A DNA stretch of 64,000 nt, taken from the NCBI GenBank assembly GCA_965649265.1, contig CBFGKC010000001.1:204688-268687 (forward strand), given 5' to 3'. Position 1 is the stretch's first letter; each line of letters opens with the position of its first letter. Below are positions 59,270-64,000 of the stretch, in pieces. The DNA comes from a candidate division WOR-3 bacterium. GTDB lineage: Bacteria > Hydrothermota > Tepidihabitantia > B3-TA06. Both the position numbers and the translations under genes were made by a program. The notes beneath the pieces were generated by a model. The model made no database searches and was not told where the DNA came from. It saw only the letters and a list, made by a program, of their open reading frames with translations.

Positions 59270-60953
59270 AGATAAGACCCTGCTCCGCGCGTTCTTCGAG
59301 CGCCTGAGCGCTCACGTGCCTCTGCTTGAGCGCTACAGAAAAGACCCCGCGCTCTTCTTTTCGGAGCGCGGGGTCCGCTTCTTTCGCGAGTTCCAAAAGC
59401 TCTTCTCGGAGCTCTACTCGCAGAAGACCCGCAAGGCCGTGGTTCTGGCGCCTCGCGGCGGCGGCAAGACCTTCGGCGCGGCCATGCTCGCGACCGCGTT
59501 CTTTTTGTTCAGGGACTTCGACGTCGGCATCGTGGCAGGCTCGGAGACGCAGGCGCTTGCGCTCTTTTCATACATCGCCGAGTGGCTGGAAATTGAGGAT
59601 ATAGGGGAGTTCGTCGAGCGCATGACTCGCACGGAGATAACGGGCATAAGCGGTAACCGCATAGTCGCGCGAACGGCTTCCGCGCGGTCCATAAGAGGCC
59701 TGCATCTCGGACGCTCGAAGAGGGGCGCACTCCTGATCATAGACGAGGAAGCCGAGGCCGACGAGGAGGTGGTTCGCGCGGCGCGTTACACCGTGAGGAC
59801 GGCGGAACCAGCCCTGATCATGCGGCTCTCGACGTACCACAAGCTTTCGGGCAGCTTTGCCGATCTCGTGGAAAATCATGCAAGCGCAGGATACGAGCTT
59901 TACAAATGGTCGAGCTTCGACGCGGCGAAGCCATGCGAGTTCGACTGCGCGAGCTGTCCGGTCAAAGAGTTCCAGGAGCGCTACTGCCGGGGAACGGCAA
60001 GGACGGCCCAGGGCTGGATAGACGTACGCGAGATAGTGGGCGAGTGGCGTGACTCCTCAAGAGAAACGTTCGAGGTCGAGGTGATGGGCATGCGGCCCGC
60101 GTCCGCAGGCCTCGTAATCTCACCCGAGGCGATAGACCGCGCGGTGGTGAAGGTAGGAGAGTATGACGAGTTCGGAAAAAAATCTGAACACATATCGATT
60201 CCGAGGGGGGAGGGGGAAGAGGAAAGTGCGTGTCACGGGGGGTGTTATATCAATAATTCTTTGAGCGAAGCCCGGAATGGACGCGCTCAAACTAATAATG
60301 AGAATGACCTATGGAATGCAATCGCATCCCAAGGGTCAGACCCTGCCCCGAGGGGTAGAGAGTCCTCTCGCGGAAATGATTCCCTCTTGAATTGGTCCGA
60401 AAAGGGGGTCCGGGAAGGGAGGATTATGTGTTACGGGTTGGATTGGGGGTTTGCGGGCATGACCGCGGTGGTTGTGCTTTCCATTGTGGGTGGGGAGGTG
60501 CGGGTCGTTCACACGGAGTCGTTCGAGCGGCAGGGCATCGAGGAGATCGTCCGGCGGCTGAAGGAACTCCGGGAGCGTTTCGGGGCAAGGGAGGTTTTTG
60601 CCGACTCCTCGCACCCGTTCGAGAACTCGCGGCTTCGGGACGAGGGCTTTGCGGTGTGGGGTCCGAACCAGGGGACGCTGGGCGTGCCGTTCGTAAGTTT
60701 CAAGGAGGAGGGGGTGGCCATGCTTTCGTGGCTCTTCGAGAAGGGGAGGATAAGGATTCCTGAAAGCGAGGTAACACTTTTGAGACAGCTTCGCTCGTGG
60801 CGCCGGGACGCACAAGGACATATCGTGAAAAAGAACGATCATTTCCCTGACGCACTCGTCGCGGCAATGATGAAACTGAAGCTGGCGGGCGCGGGCGGAA
60901 GTTCCAGGCCTCGCGTGTACTCGACATCGAGGAGACGTTTTACGACGATTTGA
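59259..60953 (+). CDS. Phage terminase large subunit-like protein
   Basis: Walker A APRGGGKT, AGS..QA, Walker B LLIIDEE, nuclease GLDWG, FADSS, C-terminal KKNDHFPDAL. Confidence 0.85.
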   Translation: MSTEDKTLLRAFFERLSAHVPLLERYRKDPALFFSERGVRFFREFQKLFSELYSQKTRKAVVLAPRGGGKTFGAAMLATAFFLFRDFDVGIVAGSETQALALFSYIAEWLEIEDIGEFVERMTRTEITGISGNRIVARTASARSIRGLHLGRSKRGALLIIDEEAEADEEVVRAARYTVRTAEPALIMRLSTYHKLSGSFADLVENHASAGYELYKWSSFDAAKPCEFDCASCPVKEFQERYCRGTARTAQGWIDVREIVGEWRDSSRETFEVEVMGMRPASAGLVISPEAIDRAVVKVGEYDEFGKKSEHISIPRGEGEEESACHGGCYINNSLSEARNGRAQTNNENDLWNAIASQGSDPAPRGRESSRGNDSLLNWSEKGVREGRIMCYGLDWGFAGMTAVVVLSIVGGEVRVVHTESFERQGIEEIVRRLKELRERFGAREVFADSSHPFENSRLRDEGFAVWGPNQGTLGVPFVSFKEEGVAMLSWLFEKGRIRIPESEVTLLRQLRSWRRDAQGHIVKKNDHFPDALVAAMMKLKLAGAGGSSRPRVYSTSRRRFTTI

Positions 60954-60976
60954 TAGGCGGGGTATTTATTAGGGGT

Positions 60977-61629
60977 CCCCATTAAAGCGCGGAGCGATTT
61001 CATGGGGTGCAAGGACGATCATTTTGTTACCAGATAGGTTGTGATAGAATGATGTATGGGATGCGCCAATCCGGAGATAAAGCCCTGTTTTTGATACTGA
61101 AGTTTGAAATCCGGTGATTGATTCAGGGCCAAACTTCTTAACGACTTTCCGGGAAAGTCGTCGGGGTCCCCACGGCGGTGCAAAGCAACGGCGTGGGGTG
61201 TGTTTCGGGGCCCCCGGAAGGAGACGCAGTATCCTTCTGGGGTTTTGTTCGACATCAAGGCGACTTTTTGCAGCGAGTTGAGAGGATGGTAACAGAATAT
61301 CGGTCATAGATCCCCCCGCCCTTCGGGCACTTCCCTTTACTAAAGGGGGTAAGTTCAATACCCCCCTTATGAAGGGGGGGAGGGGGGATCCGACGAAGAT
61401 CCCCCCGGTCACTCCTTTAGAGTGCCCACCTCCCTTCAAAAGGGAGGCAGGTAGCGGCTGGAAGCCGCATGGGCCGAACGTGCGCTCGAAGCACTTACGT
61501 TCGGCATACGGTCTTCCAGATCGTACACCGTCCCCTGAAGACTCCGGAGGAGGATACCCCTCACGTCAAGGAGGGGGAAAAGGGATGTATTTCGGGGTCC
61601 CCATGAAAATACCCTGTATTTTCATGGGG
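60977..61629. repeat. Repeat-rich intergenic region with 31-bp CCCC...GGGG hairpins and CCCC-TT..AA-GGGG repeats
   Basis: Hairpins at 60977-61007, 61168-61198, 61212-61242 and 61599-61629. Confidence 0.7.
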
Positions 61630-61636
61630 TAATTTT

Positions 61637-61659
61637 AAGCGGCGCCTTTGGCGCCGCTT
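61637..61659 (-). terminator. GC-rich hairpin, probable terminator
   Basis: AAGCGGCGCC-TTT-GGCGCCGCTT. Confidence 0.55.
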
Positions 61660-61690
61660 GCGAGTTCGGGTTTAGAAAGTGACTTTCTTT

Positions 61691-61990
61691 TTAGAAGGCC
61701 GAATCGGGCACTCTTGGGCCTAAAGAGGCGTCGAGGAAGCGGACCCGGTTGTCGCCGTACTCCTCTTTGATGAGGAGCTTGAGCGATGGAGTGACGTGGT
61801 AGGCGAAAACTTCTATCTCGAGGCTGCCGCCTGGTTCGCGCCTTACGGTTATTCCCTTTACTTCCGGATGGGTCAAAACCGCCATGTTAGAGCCGAAATC
61901 AATCAGCTTGCTTCCGTAGTCCCTGTTTGGGCGTCCGGGTTGAAGCCAGTCGTCTCCATCCAGGGTTTCGAACTCATCACCTAAAAACAT
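61691..61990 (-). CDS. Small hypothetical protein
   Basis: GGAAGGA SD; probably co-transcribed with the Pro-rich peptide. Confidence 0.6.
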   Translation of the reverse strand: MFLGDEFETLDGDDWLQPGRPNRDYGSKLIDFGSNMAVLTHPEVKGITVRREPGGSLEIEVFAYHVTPSLKLLIKEEYGDNRVRFLDASLGPRVPDSAF

Positions 61991-62025
61991 AATTCATTCC
62001 TTCCTGAATCAGTTAAAGGGTTTCC

Positions 62026-62241
62026 TCACGTTTTGGGCGGAACAGGTGGTTCGGGGACGGGTATGGGTGGTGGAAGAGGCGGACTTGTGGTCGTGAGGCT
62101 GTCTGGTTCGGAGATATAGATTGTTCCTTGAGGGGCGTCGGTAACTCCCGGCGTAAGGGTCGCCACGAGAGGCGCCGCTGCTCCGGATAATACTATCGTG
62201 ATGATTCCTGCAATCACAAGGAATCTGGCAATTGTTTTCAT
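62026..62241 (-). CDS. Secreted Pro/Thr-rich peptide (71 aa)
   Basis: AAGGAGGT SD; signal peptide; C-terminal SPPLPPPIPVPEPPVPPKT. Confidence 0.7.
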   Translation of the reverse strand: MKTIARFLVIAGIITIVLSGAAAPLVATLTPGVTDAPQGTIYISEPDSLTTTSPPLPPPIPVPEPPVPPKT

Positions 62242-62297
62242 TATGCGAACCTCCTTTAGTTCGACAAACATCGCTTAGAAGAGCAAAGTCACATTAA

Positions 62298-62313
62298 AGC
62301 AAGATTGGAACCA
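62298..62313 (-). promoter_or_regulatory. sigma54 -24/-12 promoter of the peptide gene
   Basis: TGGTTCCAATCTTGCT (GG-N10-GC with TTGCT). Confidence 0.65.
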
Positions 62314-62385
62314 TGTTCCATAAAGCATGTGATTGCGAGATATGCGCAACAAAATTCCTGCCGGAGGTGCCGGACAAGCTGCAAG

Positions 62386-62481
62386 TTATGTCTCTTTTAT
62401 GTTACAATCCGGGAATGCTAAAAGACAAGTTGTGGATTTAAGGAGGTTAGAGAATCAAAATTATGTCGCTGAATTGTGACA
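62386..62481. promoter_or_regulatory. Two putative enhancer (UAS) sites
   Basis: TTATGTC-N8-GTTACA (62386-62406) and TTATGTC-N8-GTGACA (62461-62481), i.e. TGT-N12-ACA dyads. Confidence 0.55.
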
Positions 62482-62485
62482 CATG

Positions 62486-64000
62486 TCAGAGGCTTTTTGT
62501 GCGGGCAATGCCGTAGCGGGTAATGAGTCTTGAAAGGTGCTGGCGGGAGATGCCAAGGTGTTTTGCCGCGCGGCTTACGTTCCCCCTGGTCTCGAGGAGG
62601 ATGCGTCTTATCAGCTCTTCCTCCTCTATCTTGCGCGCATCCTTCAGGCTTTGCGTATCGAAAGGCACTGCGGGGAAGAAGCGCTGATCCAGGAACTCCT
62701 TCGTTATCCTCTTGCCTCGCGCGAGTATGACCGCTCGCTCCAGGACGTTCGCAAGCTCCCTGATATTCCCAGGCCAGGGGTAGGCTAAAAAGGCTTCCAT
62801 GACGTCTTCGCCTATCTCGTTGACTTGCTTGTTGAGTTCGAGAGAGGAGCGCTCGACGAACAGTCTGCAGAGCTCGGGAATGTCCTCTTTGCGTTCTCGC
62901 AGCGGCGGTATGTACAGCCTGAAAGTGTTTATGCGATAGTACAAGTCCTCCCTGAAACGCCCCTCCCTGGTCTCCTTTTCGAGATCCTTGTTTGTCGCGA
63001 AAATGAAGCGCACGTTGATTCTTCGTTTTGACGATTCGCCGAGCCTGCGGATGACCCTTTCCTCGATCACCTCCAGGAGCTTGGCCTGCATGGTAGAGGA
63101 GGTGTTGGTAATCTCGTCGAAAAAGACCGTTGAGCCGTCCGCCGCCTCAAGCAGGCCTATCTTGCTCTCTAGCGCGCCGGTGAAGGAGCCTTTGTGATAG
63201 CCGAACAGCTCGGCCTCAAAAAGGTTTTCGGGCACGATTCCGGAGTTGATTGAGCAGAATTCCCGGCCGCGGCGAAGGCTTTTCTCGTGAATGAGTCTTG
63301 CCATTACGCCCTTGCCCGTGCCTGTTTCTCCCTCGAGGAGGACGTTGGCCTCCGAGCGTGCGGCGCGCTCTATCTGGCTGTAAAGCTCTCGCGTCGATGC
63401 GGCATTCCCGAGAACGACGCCCGATTTTTCCCATTTGCGCCTTTCCCTGGTCAGTCTTATCTCCTCGCGCATCTTTGCGAATTCCGACGACTTGTCGATG
63501 GTCGCCGCGAGTATATTGCCGAGAGATTCGAAGTAGGCGGCGTTTTCAGGGTCGAAAAGGCCCGTAATCGGGCTGTCCAGATAGATGGTTCCCAGAAGCT
63601 TGGAACTGGTCTTCAACGGTATGCAAAGAATGGAGCGTATCTCGTTCAAAAGAAGACTCTTGGAGCGGTTGAATCTCCAGTCAGTCGTCGCGTCGGCCGT
63701 GTATATGGGTTCAAGGCCCTGGGTAATGCGCCTCATGACGGTCTCGGAGATGCGCCGGGCCTCGTGTCTTGAAGGCGCGTCCGTTTGCTTTGATGCCACG
63801 GCGTAAAGCTTGGAGTCCTCGTGCAAAAAGATGATTCCTCTCGCCGCGGACGTAAGTTCGAGGATCACGGCGAGAACCTGTATCATGAAGTCTTCTTCGC
63901 CGAGGCGGTAGTTTATCAGCTCGCTGATTCGCTTGAACCCTTCCAGGTACTGCGGAGCAAGTCCTTTTTGTTCGCGCCATCGCGAAAAATGTTCCGCGCG
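62486..64000 (-). CDS. sigma54-dependent enhancer-binding protein (GAF-AAA+-HTH); N-terminus beyond the window
   Basis: GETGTGKG, ELFGY..GSFTGA, FFDEI, FREDLYYR, WPGNIREL, Fis-type HTH; frame open to the window end. Confidence 0.93.
   Translation of the reverse strand, partial: RAEHFSRWREQKGLAPQYLEGFKRISELINYRLGEEDFMIQVLAVILELTSAARGIIFLHEDSKLYAVASKQTDAPSRHEARRISETVMRRITQGLEPIYTADATTDWRFNRSKSLLLNEIRSILCIPLKTSSKLLGTIYLDSPITGLFDPENAAYFESLGNILAATIDKSSEFAKMREEIRLTRERRKWEKSGVVLGNAASTRELYSQIERAARSEANVLLEGETGTGKGVMARLIHEKSLRRGREFCSINSGIVPENLFEAELFGYHKGSFTGALESKIGLLEAADGSTVFFDEITNTSSTMQAKLLEVIEERVIRRLGESSKRRINVRFIFATNKDLEKETREGRFREDLYYRINTFRLYIPPLRERKEDIPELCRLFVERSSLELNKQVNEIGEDVMEAFLAYPWPGNIRELANVLERAVILARGKRITKEFLDQRFFPAVPFDTQSLKDARKIEEEELIRRILLETRGNVSRAAKHLGISRQHLSRLITRYGIARTKSL

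Noticed and set aside
60170-60425. Intein or intron in the terminase
   Set aside because: No intein termini (C/S...HN-C/S/T), no splicing motifs, and too short.
58425-61700. Intact prophage
   Set aside because: No integrase, portal, capsid, tail or att repeats seen.

Overview
Chromosomal segment of a bacterium with medium GC content. Secreted proteins carrying T9SS/FlgD-like C-terminal domains, plus a GAF-sigma54 activator, suggest an FCB-related candidate lineage such as WOR-3/TA06 (inference only). Most of the window is housekeeping: sucCD-korDABC-ndk, rpsP-khpA-trmD-rplS-rnhB (no rimM), two tRNA-Ser genes, gltX, argF, yebC-ruvCAB, split fumarate hydratase subunits, ackA, a radical SAM-RNase E/G pair and a heterodimeric ABC exporter. 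The most unusual signals are: (1) a gene-free sigma54 transcription unit of about 85 nt with an anti-Shine-Dalgarno CCUCC hairpin loop and an intrinsic terminator, i.e. a candidate sRNA; (2) a 52-bp tandem array that copies the 5' end of tRNA-Ser(TGA), lies in exact register with it and decays away from it; (3) a consistent TTGACW-N16-TAnnnT promoter, with at least 8 genes apparently leaderless; (4) an orphan four-gene terminase module whose TerL carries an in-frame copy of an intergenic repeat; (5) a sigma54 activator next to a sigma54-driven, Pro-rich secreted peptide; (6) an RHH (HicB-type) domain fused to a SecB-like domain; (7) dispersed CCCC...GGGG hairpins of about 31 bp. All calls were made by eye; no database searches were run.
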